From: an uncultured cyanobacterium
GTDB taxonomy: Bacteria > Cyanobacteriota > Cyanobacteriia > Cyanobacteriales > Nostocaceae
Length of the DNA stretch: 64,000 nucleotides
NCBI GenBank assembly: GCA_963706595.1
Contig: OY970166.1
Coordinates: forward strand, 4,992,001-5,056,000
Direction: 5' to 3'
Shown: positions 42,261 through 52,365 of the stretch, one piece after another
Numbering within the stretch: the stretch's first letter is position 1
Layout: each line of letters begins with the position of its first letter
The notes under the pieces: generated by a model
Told to the model about the DNA's origin: nothing
Seen by the model: only the letters and a program-made list of their open reading frames with translations
Databases searched by the model: none
Translations under genes and position numbers: made by a program

Positions 42261-43409
42261 TCAATCCACAGCAAAAATTTGACAATCAACAAGATAAGGG
42301 GAATTGAAACTAGTCATTTCCCCAGCTTTTTTATTTAGAATCGGAAATAATCTCGCCGATAGAGGCTTATTCAACTTAATAGCTAAAGTAGACAAATCGA
42401 TTAATATAGCAGCAATCTTGTCAACCGTAATATCACCGGGAATTGGAACCGTATCCAGCCCACAGCCACAAACAGCCGAATATAATAATAAATGAGTAAG
42501 ATCATAAGTTTGCTCATTAGCCCTAGTAGCTAGACCAACATCTTCGCATACAGGAAGCATCAAACCAGAATAACCGCAAATTTTCACAGAAACATTTTTT
42601 AAGACACGAGTCAACATCCCCGAAATAGCTAAAGTTCCTGGATGTCCAAACTTACCAGACATAATTTTTTCATAAGCAAAAGCAATACTATTTTCTTGAT
42701 CTAAAGATGGTGCTAGAGATGTATCAATCCCGTTGTATTTTACAGCCAATTTGGTAGATATTTCTTCAGCAATCTTGGCGATTTTGATTAATTCTGTTTC
42801 TAAAATTGACTGTAATTCTGTTTCTGCTGATTGCATATTATCAGCTTGGCAAAATGCTTGAGTTACTAATTCACCCAATTCTAAACCAATACCAAAAGAT
42901 GTTTCACCGATATGATATGCTGTAGGAAAGAATGGGATTCCTGGCTGGCAGTTTGCCCATGCACAATAGCGAAAGTTACCATAGCCATTTTCAGTTTCTT
43001 GGGAAATGCGTTTGATACTTTTAGCTGATTCCCAGGCATTTTTAAAGTTGATACCTGTTTCTTGATTACCCAATTGGCTGGAACAGTAAATAATTGATGT
43101 ATTATTAATAATTTCGGGAATTAAAGCTATGGTTTCCGGTTTGTTTGCATAGCCAATATTGAAAAAGCTGATATCTAGACTTTGACAGATTTTTTCTAAT
43201 GTTTGAATTTCGTGAAGAATATCAATATTTGATAAGTTTAATAAATATTCTTCCCATGAGTTGGTGGTAATTCTAGTTGTTTGAACTTCATATCCTTGTT
43301 GTGTAAAAATTTCCGTTGCTTGTTGGTTAAATTCATGGGCTTGTTTGATTTTATCGATGCTTTGGGGAGATGTAAGTGTGAGTCCTGTGGTGATGGTTCT
43401 AATTTTCAT
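42261..43409 (-). CDS. DUF711 family protein
   Basis: MKIRTIT, GIDTSLAP, GYSGLMLPVCED, SAVCGCGLDTVPIPG, KPLSARLFP. Confidence 0.88.
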   Translation of the reverse strand: MKIRTITTGLTLTSPQSIDKIKQAHEFNQQATEIFTQQGYEVQTTRITTNSWEEYLLNLSNIDILHEIQTLEKICQSLDISFFNIGYANKPETIALIPEIINNTSIIYCSSQLGNQETGINFKNAWESAKSIKRISQETENGYGNFRYCAWANCQPGIPFFPTAYHIGETSFGIGLELGELVTQAFCQADNMQSAETELQSILETELIKIAKIAEEISTKLAVKYNGIDTSLAPSLDQENSIAFAYEKIMSGKFGHPGTLAISGMLTRVLKNVSVKICGYSGLMLPVCEDVGLATRANEQTYDLTHLLLYSAVCGCGLDTVPIPGDITVDKIAAILIDLSTLAIKLNKPLSARLFPILNKKAGEMTSFNSPYLVDCQIFAVD

Positions 43410-43531
43410 TTTTTATCTAACCGCCAAGTACGCCAAGACGCAGAGAGAGGAAATAAATTGCAATTTGGGAATTAGCTAAATTTACGCTGAATATTTAATA
43501 TAGATATGGGATGTCTATCTGGTTGTTAACT

Positions 43532-44800
43532 ATGAGTGACGAATTTTATCAACGGGGACTAAAAAAAGCTAAGGAAAAAGATTACGCTGGCGCTATTGAG
43601 GAATTTAGCAATTCTTTACAATGGACACCTTATTTTGCTGATGCTTTTTTACAACGGGGTTTGGCTTATTATCACTCAGGGAATATTCACCAATCTGTTT
43701 CTGATTATACAGAAGCGGTGCGGTTGAATCCTGGAAGTATGGATGCGTATTATTGTCGGGGTTTGGCTAGGGTAGAACTGAAAAATTTACCGGGGGCTTT
43801 GCATGATGTGGACATTGCAATTCGCCTCAATTATCATTATGCACCTGCTTATAATCTGCGGGGGATAATCCGGCGGAAACAGGGTTTTATTCCCGATGCG
43901 ATCGCCAGCTTTAAAAAAGCCGCAGAATTATATTTAGCACAAAAGGATGCAGAAAGTTGTCGTCTGTGTATGGAAAATATTAGACAGTTACAACCAAAAC
44001 CAAAACCTGTTGTCCAGTCAAGTAGTTCTACTAATACGCCAATCTTATCGACAAAGGCATATTTTACCCAGCTATTAGAAAAAGCCGAAACAGGAAATAC
44101 CCGTGAGGCGATCGCGGATGTAAACTGGATATTAAAAGCTGATCCGCAAGATGCCCAAGCTTATTGCTGTCGTGGAATAATCCACTGCAAACTGGGAAAA
44201 TATCAAGATGCGATCGCAGATTTTAATCAAGCGTTATCTCTCAATTTTACAGACGTGGCTGTTTATCGTAATCGTGGTAAAGCCCGTTCACTTTTAGGCG
44301 ATAATCCAGGCGCGATCGCAGATTTTAATCAAGCTATCAAAATTCAACCCCAGGATGCTTTAGTATATACCGCCAGAGGTAACGCCTACAGGAAATCAGG
44401 GAATTATTTGGATGCCATTCAAGATTATAGCCAAGCCCTACAAATTAATCCCCATGATGCTCAAGCTTACTACAATCGTGGCATTGCCTATACTTGTTTA
44501 GAAGAAATGCAAAATGCTGTTGCAGATTATCAAAAAGCTGCGAGTATTTTTTGTGAAAAAGAAGATTGGGAAAATTACCATCAAGCCTTAAATAGTTTAA
44601 AAAATATCCAAACATCAAGCCCTGAGTCAAAGAAGCAAAACTATAATTTATTGCGTCAAAAACTATTACGAATGGTGGGAGGATATTGGGATATAGCCCA
44701 AAGATTAATTGATCAACAACAAGAATACAAGCCGGGGATGTCAGACGAATGGTATTTACAAAAAGTCATCGCTGATTTAGAGCGCGATCGCGGTCGGTAA
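43532..44800 (+). CDS. Tetratricopeptide repeat protein
   Basis: Multiple AYxNRG...AIADFNQA TPR units; C-terminal WYLQKVIADLERDR. Confidence 0.92.
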   Translation: MSDEFYQRGLKKAKEKDYAGAIEEFSNSLQWTPYFADAFLQRGLAYYHSGNIHQSVSDYTEAVRLNPGSMDAYYCRGLARVELKNLPGALHDVDIAIRLNYHYAPAYNLRGIIRRKQGFIPDAIASFKKAAELYLAQKDAESCRLCMENIRQLQPKPKPVVQSSSSTNTPILSTKAYFTQLLEKAETGNTREAIADVNWILKADPQDAQAYCCRGIIHCKLGKYQDAIADFNQALSLNFTDVAVYRNRGKARSLLGDNPGAIADFNQAIKIQPQDALVYTARGNAYRKSGNYLDAIQDYSQALQINPHDAQAYYNRGIAYTCLEEMQNAVADYQKAASIFCEKEDWENYHQALNSLKNIQTSSPESKKQNYNLLRQKLLRMVGGYWDIAQRLIDQQQEYKPGMSDEWYLQKVIADLERDRGR

Positions 44801-44825
44801 AACCAGTACAATTGTCATACAAGTT

Positions 44826-45629
44826 TCAGTTCTCAGTATTCTCCTGTGCAGCAATTCGGACAACTTCTACATCAACATTGAGTTGTTGAGCAATTTGTTC
44901 TATACTCATCCCTGTTTTTAGTAACAATGGGACAGTTGCTTTCAATATCTCAGTCTCTCGTTCCAAGCGCCCCTCAGTTTTTGCGTCTTGATAAACTCTT
45001 GTTTCCTCTAAACTCAATCCCAGCATGGCTTCCACTTCCTCTCTACTCAACGAAGAAAACTTATAAACGGCAATTGTGGTAATAATATCTATGATTTCGT
45101 TTTTTAGCAGTGCATCCCTTGACTCTAATTGTACCCGCTCAATTAATTGTTTGGCTTGCTCTGCGATGCCTTTTTCTGAGGCAATGGTCAACTGCATTAA
45201 ATTGATACCTATTGACTGCTGATTGCGAGTACCTAACTCATCCAAATAAATTCGCTGTACTTGGTTGCTACTTAAAAACATTCTATGGGTTCTAGTATCG
45301 CTGGGTTCCAAGCTGCGTGATGGAAAAATTACCACACAATACCAGTCATCGTATTGAGACTGATTCCGGTTCAAATACATCAGCGACTCAGTAAAGAAAC
45401 GATGATACAAAGTTTCATCTCTCTGAAATTGGACTTCAGCAAATACGATAATTCTCGGTTTTGCATCCTCTGGAGGTAAAAAGACTCCATCAATACGAAA
45501 GGTGGTTTCTTTCACTTCAACAGATTCAAATCGATAGTTATGCGCCTGTTCAGTTCGGTAATCAATGAGTTCAAATATTAAAGCCGGAAAGCGTTTAAAA
45601 ATTTGATAATAAATGGAATCGCGTTTCAC
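44826..45629 (-). CDS. Rpn/DUF2887 PD-(D/E)XK putative nuclease
   Basis: KRDSIYYQIF, FRIDGVF, EVQFQ, LEETRVYQ, C-terminal SIEQIA helix; probable GTG start. Confidence 0.88.
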   Translation of the reverse strand: MKRDSIYYQIFKRFPALIFELIDYRTEQAHNYRFESVEVKETTFRIDGVFLPPEDAKPRIIVFAEVQFQRDETLYHRFFTESLMYLNRNQSQYDDWYCVVIFPSRSLEPSDTRTHRMFLSSNQVQRIYLDELGTRNQQSIGINLMQLTIASEKGIAEQAKQLIERVQLESRDALLKNEIIDIITTIAVYKFSSLSREEVEAMLGLSLEETRVYQDAKTEGRLERETEILKATVPLLLKTGMSIEQIAQQLNVDVEVVRIAAQENTEN

Positions 45630-45718
45630 GAAAATATGATCATAAGCTGAGTATTCAGTATTGATTGTATCATCTTTCAATCATTAGAGGGTGATTTAGC
45701 GGTATCTTTGGGAATGAA

Positions 45719-45856
45719 ATCATGTCCGTTTAATTAGTTACGATTACCACAATCATCTCACCCCACCCCCAACCCCTCCCCGCAAGCGAGGAGGGGAGAT
45801 AAAGCAAAGGTTTGGGAGGTTTTCGCGTTTCATAAGTATTCAACCGGACTTGAGAT
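45719..45856. mobile_element. ~140-bp MITE, copy 1
   Basis: TIRs TCATGTCCGTTTAAT / ATTCAACCGGACTTGA; closely related inverted copy at 59884-60023. Confidence 0.8.
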
Positions 45857-45946
45857 GAAATCAGTTAAACCCGCCAGCAGCCTACTGAGGCAAATGGCGG
45901 GTCTGTGGATGGGTTTAATGCAGTGCTACTAATACAGCAAATCACC

Positions 45947-45979
45947 AATTACGAATTACGAATTACGAATTACGAATTA
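45947..45979. repeat. STRR-type heptamer repeat (AATTACG)x4
   Basis: Directly visible; abuts the NDH-2 stop codon. Confidence 0.9.
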
Positions 45980-47338
45980 AAGCTTAACTGGTTCCTTCTT
46001 TTCTGGAGTCTGGTAAGCACTGCTATTGTCAACGCTTTGTGCTTCTACAAAAGCTTCGCGACCTGTAATCAATCTAGAACGACGATTACGAGTAATATAA
46101 TTCCACGCCCACTGAATTACTACTACTACTTTAGTGTCGAATTCAATTAAGAAGTAGATGTGAATTAATAACCAAAATACCCAAGCAATAAAACCTTTGA
46201 GTTTGATTAAGCCTAAATCTACAACAGCTAAATTTTGCCCAATCATCGCCAAACTACCCACATCGTTGTAATTAAATTGTGGCAAAGTCTGATTTTTCAT
46301 CCGTTTTTGAATGAGTTTAGCTACATACTCTCCTTGTTGTTTGGCTACAGGTGCAACACCAGGTAAGGGTTGACCATTTTGATGGGAGAAGTTGGCTAAA
46401 TCTCCCACTACGAAAATGTTTTTATAACCCTTGATAGTCAAGTCCGGTTCTACCATCACACGTCCGGCGTGATCGCATTCTACATCTGTCGTGTGTTCTA
46501 GGACTTTCCCCATTGTTGAAGCTTTTACACCTGCTGCCCACAATATAGTTTTTGAGGCAACTTCTTTGACTTCACCGCCTTCCTTGAAAGTAACAATGTT
46601 ATTTTCAATATTTGTGACTCTGGCTTTAGTGTGGACTTCCACACCCAAGGATTCCAAAGCTTCTGCTGCTGCTTGCGATAAGTCTGGCGAAATATATGGG
46701 AGAATGCGATCGCGCCCTTGCAATATTAAAATTCTCGTTTCTGAGGTGCTGATATTGCGGAAATCTTCGTGGAGAGTTTTGTATGCCAACTCGGCGATCG
46801 CACCTGCTAATTCTACACCAGTAGGACCTGCTCCCACAACCACAAAAGTCAGCAAAGCCCGGCGTTTTTCAGGATCATTTTCTTTTTCTGCGGCTTCAAA
46901 TGCTGAAAATATCCGGCGACGTATTTCTATGGCATCTTCAACAGTTTTCAAGCCGGGAGCATATTCTTTCCATTCATCCTTACCAAAATAGGAATGGTTA
47001 GCACCTGTGGCGACAATTAATGTATCGTAAGGTATTACTTTATCATCCAAAATAACTTGTTGCGCTTTGGGATCAATATTATTTACCTCTCCCAATAACA
47101 CTCGTGTATTCTTGCTTTTTCTCAGTACAGATCGTAATGGTGAGGAAATATCAGCAGGTGATAGCGTCCCTGTGGCAACTTGATATAAAAGCGGCTGAAA
47201 TAGGTGAAAGTTACGTTTATCGATCAGAGTAATATTTACATTCGCTTTAGCAAGAGTCTTTGCTGTATACAATCCACCAAAGCCACCACCAACGATGACA
47301 ACCTTATGTGGTGCATTATTCTCAAGTGACGCTACCAT
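45977..47338 (-). CDS. Type II NADH dehydrogenase (NDH-2)
   Basis: GGGFGG, FQPLLYQVATG, GAGPTGVELAG, WAAGV, APVAKQQG; probable start MVASLE. Confidence 0.93.
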   Translation of the reverse strand: MVASLENNAPHKVVIVGGGFGGLYTAKTLAKANVNITLIDKRNFHLFQPLLYQVATGTLSPADISSPLRSVLRKSKNTRVLLGEVNNIDPKAQQVILDDKVIPYDTLIVATGANHSYFGKDEWKEYAPGLKTVEDAIEIRRRIFSAFEAAEKENDPEKRRALLTFVVVGAGPTGVELAGAIAELAYKTLHEDFRNISTSETRILILQGRDRILPYISPDLSQAAAEALESLGVEVHTKARVTNIENNIVTFKEGGEVKEVASKTILWAAGVKASTMGKVLEHTTDVECDHAGRVMVEPDLTIKGYKNIFVVGDLANFSHQNGQPLPGVAPVAKQQGEYVAKLIQKRMKNQTLPQFNYNDVGSLAMIGQNLAVVDLGLIKLKGFIAWVFWLLIHIYFLIEFDTKVVVVIQWAWNYITRNRRSRLITGREAFVEAQSVDNSSAYQTPEKKEPVKL

Positions 47339-47470
47339 AATAAATATTTCCTGTGTTAAGACGTTTGTAACTATTCTTAACAAGAATCTAACAAAACTAT
47401 GGTATGTGTTGCGGTCTATTGAGAACATTTGAAAAAATCATGAAAGTAGCCAAAGTTATTGTTAAGAAGA

Positions 47471-50110
47471 TTAATCCATATTTTGCAACCCCATCGCAAT
47501 CTTACTGTGTTTTTCAATCTGCCCCATGACTTGTTTTGCGCGTTGAATTACCACATCTGGTAAACCCGCCAAACGTCCCGCTTCAATACCATAGGATTTA
47601 TCCGCACCACCCGGTTGAACTTGGTGTAGAAAAATAATTCTGTCGGGTAATTCCTTCACAGTCACCTGATAATTAGCTACATTCGGGAGAATACTAGCCA
47701 ACTCATTTAACTCATGATAGTGAGTCGCAAAAATTGTCCGCGCCCGAATATCCACAGCTATATATTCTGCAACCGCCCAAGCAATAGAAAGACCATCAAA
47801 AGTTGCTGTCCCACGGCCAATTTCATCTAACAATACTAAAGATTTGGCAGTAGCATGATTGAGTATATTTGCTGTTTCATTCATCTCCACCATAAAGGTA
47901 GATTGACCCGTAGCTAAATCATCCACAGCACCTACACGAGTAAAAATGCGATCGCACACACCCAACCTCGCCAACCGCGCCGGCACAAAACTACCAATTT
48001 GCGCCATCAACTGAATCAACCCCACCTGACGCAAATAACAACTCTTACCACTCGCATTTGGCCCAGTCAGAATTACTAAATCGGGGAGTGGGGAGTGGGG
48101 AGTGGGGAGTGGGGTATTTTCTGCTTCAGGGAGTGGGGAGTGGGGAGTGGGGAGTGGGGTATTTTCTGCTTCACTACTCCCTAATTGCGTGGAATTCGGC
48201 ACAAAAAAGCCCGCAGGTAAAGACTGTTCCACCACCGGATGACGACCATCCACAATCATAATTTCTCGTCCCTCAACCATTTCAGGACGACAATAGCCTT
48301 GCTGTACAGCCAATTCAGCCAAACCACACAACACATCAGCCGCAGCTACAGCACGAGAAATATTGCGAATAATTTCCGCCTGTTCTCCGACCTCTTCCCG
48401 TAACTCCACAAAAATCTCATATTCCAACTGATTTAAATCATCCCGCGCTGTGAGAATCCGTGCTTCCCGTTCTTTCAACTCTGGGGTGATGTAACGTTCT
48501 TCATTAGTTAAAGTTTGCTTACGGATGTAATTCTCAGGTACTTGGTCAGATTTAGAACGAGAAATACTAATATAGTAACCAAAGGTTTTATTAAATCCTA
48601 CCTTTAAGTTGGGGATACCAGTTTTTGCCCGTTCATCAACTTCTAAATTAGCAATCCATTGTTGGTCTGATTCTACAGTGGCTTTTCGCTCATCCAACAT
48701 GGGATTCATCCCTGCACGAATTAAACCACCTTCTTTAATGTGTATGGGTGGTGATTCTACCAAATGGGCGTGTAACTTTTGTGCCAGTTCTGATAGTTCT
48801 ACCGGGACTCTCTGCAAAGCTTTCAGGAAAGGCGATCGCGCATTGATCACCAAGTGGGATAATTGCGGTAAGCGTGACAGCGAATCAGCCAAAGCGACTA
48901 AATCTTTAGCGTTAGCAGTTCCAGAACCAGCCCTTCCCGTCAGCCGTTCTAAATCGTAAATTTGCCGTAATAACTGCCGCAAATCTTGACGCAGAGGTGT
49001 ATTTTCCATCAACTCTTGGATGGTATTTTGACGCGCCCCAATGCCTTTAGTATCAATTAGCGGTTGTAATAACCAGCGCCGCAACGCCCGCCCACCCATC
49101 GCTGTGCTACTTCTATCTAATGCCCACAGCAGGGAACCGTGAAATGTGCCATCCCGGACTGTTTGCGTAATTTCCAAGTTACGGCGAGTTTGATTATCAA
49201 CAATTAAATAATCAGTAATTGTATATGTGCGTAACCTTTGCAGGAAAACGGGGTTGACTCTTTGCATATCTTCCACATATTCCAGCAGACCACCAGCCGC
49301 CCGCACAGCTAAGGGAAGATGATCACAACCGAGTCCTTCAAGCGATCGCACTTTGAATTTTTCTAATAATTTCGGTCTTGCTTCACCTTGGGAAAAAGGA
49401 AGTTGCGATCGCAAGCTATAACAAAATGATGGTGGTAGACATTGGGGAAGATGGGGCGAAGTTTCTCCTGGACGCAACAAGCTACCCAAATCAGGGGCGT
49501 TTGTGGGAACTACCACCTCGGAAGGTTGCAACCGCATTAACTCCTGAGTCAGGTGTTCTAAATCACTACCTTGAGTTGTGAGAAATTCCCCTGTAGAGAT
49601 ATCTGCATAAGCCAAGCCCCAATGATTCACCGCAATTACCACAGCCGCAAGGTAATTATTACGACTGGATTTTAACATTCCCTCTTCTAGCAAAGTCCCT
49701 GGTGTGAGGATGCGGGTAACTTCGCGCTTAACTAAACCGACTGCTTCCGATGCGTCTTCTACTTGGTCGCATATTACCACCGCATAGCCTTTTTCCACCA
49801 ATTGGGTTGTGTAGCGTTCCCAAGCGTGATGGGGTACACCAGTCATGGCTACGCGACCAACTTCGCCACCGTGTTTACTGGTGAGAACAAGTTCCAATTC
49901 TCTGGAGACAGTCACAGCGTCTTGGAAAAAAGTTTCAAAAAAATCTCCTACCCGATATAGCAGCAAAGCGTGAGGATGTTTATCCTTAACTTCCACATAA
50001 TGCTGGTACATCTTACTCAGCTTGCTGCGGTCTACCAATTGAGTATCCACATGAGGCGCAGCAGGGATGTTGGGTTCCGTTGGTTGAGTTTCAGATTGAG
50101 AAGCAGTCAT
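47471..50110 (-). CDS. mutS: DNA mismatch repair protein MutS (with in-frame repeat insert)
   Basis: [45 protein letters not shown]. Confidence 0.98.
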   Translation of the reverse strand: MTASQSETQPTEPNIPAAPHVDTQLVDRSKLSKMYQHYVEVKDKHPHALLLYRVGDFFETFFQDAVTVSRELELVLTSKHGGEVGRVAMTGVPHHAWERYTTQLVEKGYAVVICDQVEDASEAVGLVKREVTRILTPGTLLEEGMLKSSRNNYLAAVVIAVNHWGLAYADISTGEFLTTQGSDLEHLTQELMRLQPSEVVVPTNAPDLGSLLRPGETSPHLPQCLPPSFCYSLRSQLPFSQGEARPKLLEKFKVRSLEGLGCDHLPLAVRAAGGLLEYVEDMQRVNPVFLQRLRTYTITDYLIVDNQTRRNLEITQTVRDGTFHGSLLWALDRSSTAMGGRALRRWLLQPLIDTKGIGARQNTIQELMENTPLRQDLRQLLRQIYDLERLTGRAGSGTANAKDLVALADSLSRLPQLSHLVINARSPFLKALQRVPVELSELAQKLHAHLVESPPIHIKEGGLIRAGMNPMLDERKATVESDQQWIANLEVDERAKTGIPNLKVGFNKTFGYYISISRSKSDQVPENYIRKQTLTNEERYITPELKEREARILTARDDLNQLEYEIFVELREEVGEQAEIIRNISRAVAAADVLCGLAELAVQQGYCRPEMVEGREIMIVDGRHPVVEQSLPAGFFVPNSTQLGSSEAENTPLPTPHSPLPEAENTPLPTPHSPLPDLVILTGPNASGKSCYLRQVGLIQLMAQIGSFVPARLARLGVCDRIFTRVGAVDDLATGQSTFMVEMNETANILNHATAKSLVLLDEIGRGTATFDGLSIAWAVAEYIAVDIRARTIFATHYHELNELASILPNVANYQVTVKELPDRIIFLHQVQPGGADKSYGIEAGRLAGLPDVVIQRAKQVMGQIEKHSKIAMGLQNMD

Positions 50111-50210
50111 AATGCTAGGGGTGATGCACGGAGATTCCACAATACCTGATGATAGCGTGATGTGGGGGTGAGTAGGCGATCGCTCAAACTTTTGTCATGG
50201 TTTCTGTTAA

Positions 50211-50397
50211 GAGGTTGTTTGAAAAGTCTAATTTATGACTAACTTGGCGACTAGAAGTCGCGGCTACACGGACGAAACCCGCCTGCGCGGGTTAATTTTT
50301 CATCAGTCCACGCAGGTGGACGTTGCTTGTGTAGTAGCGTATCGCTAACGCGAAGCGTAGCCATATTATATTCGCCCAAAACTTCTCAAACATCCTC
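50211..50397. mobile_element. MITE with 17-bp TIRs and TAA target-site duplication (IS5/PIF-like ends)
   Basis: TAA|GAGGTTGTTTGAAAAGT...ACTTCTCAAACATCCTC|TAA; internal hairpins. Confidence 0.8.
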
Positions 50398-50970
50398 TAA
50401 AGTCGTGAACAGGCGATCGCAGTATGGCGAAGCTTTGCGAATTATAGCCACATCTAGCAATTCCAAAAGCTTAGAGGCGTGTTTAATTTTGTGATACTCA
50501 GCCTTGCTAGTTTTACGCGTAGCAGCTTTGAGAATGCGTTCTAGATTTTGTTTATCAATTGTCTCCACATTTAAAGTTTTAGGAATGGCATTTTCTAGAA
50601 AATCCTTACCGTAAAATGTCTTTAGAGTTTCAATATCAGCAATAAACCAAGCCTCCATTGTTTGAACCATCAAATGACAGTGACTATCGTCAACTTCTGA
50701 AGGTTTATCCCAGTTATCCCTAAACTTCAAATGTCCCCAAGGAGAATTTATGGTTACAGGTGCTTCTGCGTCTACCAGCAAAATATTAAAAGCATTTGGA
50801 TAAGATTTTAAAGCATTTCTAAAATCACGAAAAGCATTATTACGAGAACCACAAATAGTAATATTCAATTTAAATTGTTTGAGAAATTGACTAAATCCTT
50901 TCCTAATCAAAGCTTTCGTATTTTTACCATCACCACCACCCTCTATATAAATCCGAATTTCTTTTACCAT
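50386..50970 (-). CDS. DUF4276 family protein (TOPRIM-like)
   Basis: IYIEGGG, LLVDAE, MVQTMEAWFIAD, YHKIKH; start overlaps the ATPase stop. Confidence 0.82.
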   Translation of the reverse strand: MVKEIRIYIEGGGDGKNTKALIRKGFSQFLKQFKLNITICGSRNNAFRDFRNALKSYPNAFNILLVDAEAPVTINSPWGHLKFRDNWDKPSEVDDSHCHLMVQTMEAWFIADIETLKTFYGKDFLENAIPKTLNVETIDKQNLERILKAATRKTSKAEYHKIKHASKLLELLDVAIIRKASPYCDRLFTTLEDV

Positions 50971-52169
50971 CGATTCCCCCCAATTTCACCCATCCGCCAA
51001 AGGTCGCCGAGAGTATAATTTTCTAGCCAATCTTTCAGTTTATCAGGTTCCAGGCGGCGGAGGTGAGACCCTTTTTCATCTCGTTCACAAACTATTACTG
51101 ATTCGGGATATTCACTCAAAGCAGAAACTAAAGCATCAGAATGAGTTGTCACTATTAATTGTGTTCTCTGCGATGCTTCAATTAGCATTTCTGCAATAGT
51201 TGGTAAAATATCTGGATGTAAACCAATTTCTGGTTCTTCAAGACAAATAAGTGATGGTGGAGTGGGGTCAAGTAATAAAGCCATTAAAAATAAATAACGG
51301 AGTGTACCATCAGATAGCCGATTTGCAGGAATTGGTTGAATAAAACCCTCTTCACGAATAAATATCTGTACTGTACCGCCATATACTCTTACATTCAGTT
51401 CTTCTGCATTTGTATAAAACTTTTGAAGCTGTTCAGTAATTTTTCTACTACCTATTTGATGTTGTAAGTTATTTAAGACTAACCCAATATTACTTCCATC
51501 TTCCAAGAGGGGATATACAGGAAGGTCAGCTTGTTGAGGTCTACGGGGTTGGCAATTACGACCTATTGGTAAGTCTCTATACATAAGTATCCAGAGTAAT
51601 TTATGACGAAGGGATGTTATCTCTGGATATTTACGCACATCTTGCAATTGTGACAAAATTGACTGATTTGCTTGAAGCATTCCAGAATCCCAGACTTCTT
51701 CATGAATTGTTTCTATCCCTGAATCATTTCTTTCTCTAATTGTAGAAACTATTTTGCCCTTATTATTAAAGCGATAGAAGAAAAATACATCACTCTCATC
51801 TGAAGAGGGTTTTTCATTTTCTATAGATTCATCCACTAGAGAAAAATTTTGATAAAGTTCACCAAACTTCAATTTATAACGTATATTTTGTGAACTTTCT
51901 AAAGTTAATACAACCTCAATTTCTGCTTCAGAAGTATTCTTTTCACCTTTCCAGAGATAATCAAAAATACCCCCACCGTAACGTATAGCAGCTTGTAAAT
52001 CTCCTGGCGCTGCGCGTAAAATTCCAATTGCCTCTATTAAATTTGATTTACCAGAAGTGTTAGCGCCAATTAAAACATTTAGCGGTTCTAGTTCAATTTC
52101 TTCACCTTCATTACCATAGGAAAGGAAATTTTTTAACCTAATGTTATGAATGAATCTTTTGCCTTCCAC
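50964..52169 (-). CDS. AAA_21/AAA_15 ABC-type ATPase
   Basis: LKNFLSY, GANTSGKS, LSDGT signature, LEEPEIGLHP, TTHS; AT-rich. Confidence 0.92.
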   Translation of the reverse strand: MEGKRFIHNIRLKNFLSYGNEGEEIELEPLNVLIGANTSGKSNLIEAIGILRAAPGDLQAAIRYGGGIFDYLWKGEKNTSEAEIEVVLTLESSQNIRYKLKFGELYQNFSLVDESIENEKPSSDESDVFFFYRFNNKGKIVSTIRERNDSGIETIHEEVWDSGMLQANQSILSQLQDVRKYPEITSLRHKLLWILMYRDLPIGRNCQPRRPQQADLPVYPLLEDGSNIGLVLNNLQHQIGSRKITEQLQKFYTNAEELNVRVYGGTVQIFIREEGFIQPIPANRLSDGTLRYLFLMALLLDPTPPSLICLEEPEIGLHPDILPTIAEMLIEASQRTQLIVTTHSDALVSALSEYPESVIVCERDEKGSHLRRLEPDKLKDWLENYTLGDLWRMGEIGGNRW

Positions 52170-52251
52170 TTGATTCTCCTAGTTGCTTAATTATCTAAAT
52201 TTTATGAGTTTTATTTGCTTTTACTCTCAGTTACCCAATAGAATTTGATCG

Positions 52252-52365
52252 GAGTTTCAGAGTGAGAATCAGTCACATCCTCTCAGATTGATACATAAAA
52301 AGCCACAATATCTCATGATAGCGTGATGTGGAGATTTAAGAGGCGATCGCTCAAACTTTTGTCAT
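52252..52365 (-). repeat. Diverged direct-repeat copy of the mutS upstream region and first 8 codons (partner at 50086-50198)
   Basis: Collinear blocks GAGTTTCAGA.TGAGAA.CAGTCA, CCACAATA.CT.ATGATAGCGTGATGTGG and AGGCGATCGCTCAAACTTTTGTCAT at matching spacing. Confidence 0.88.
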
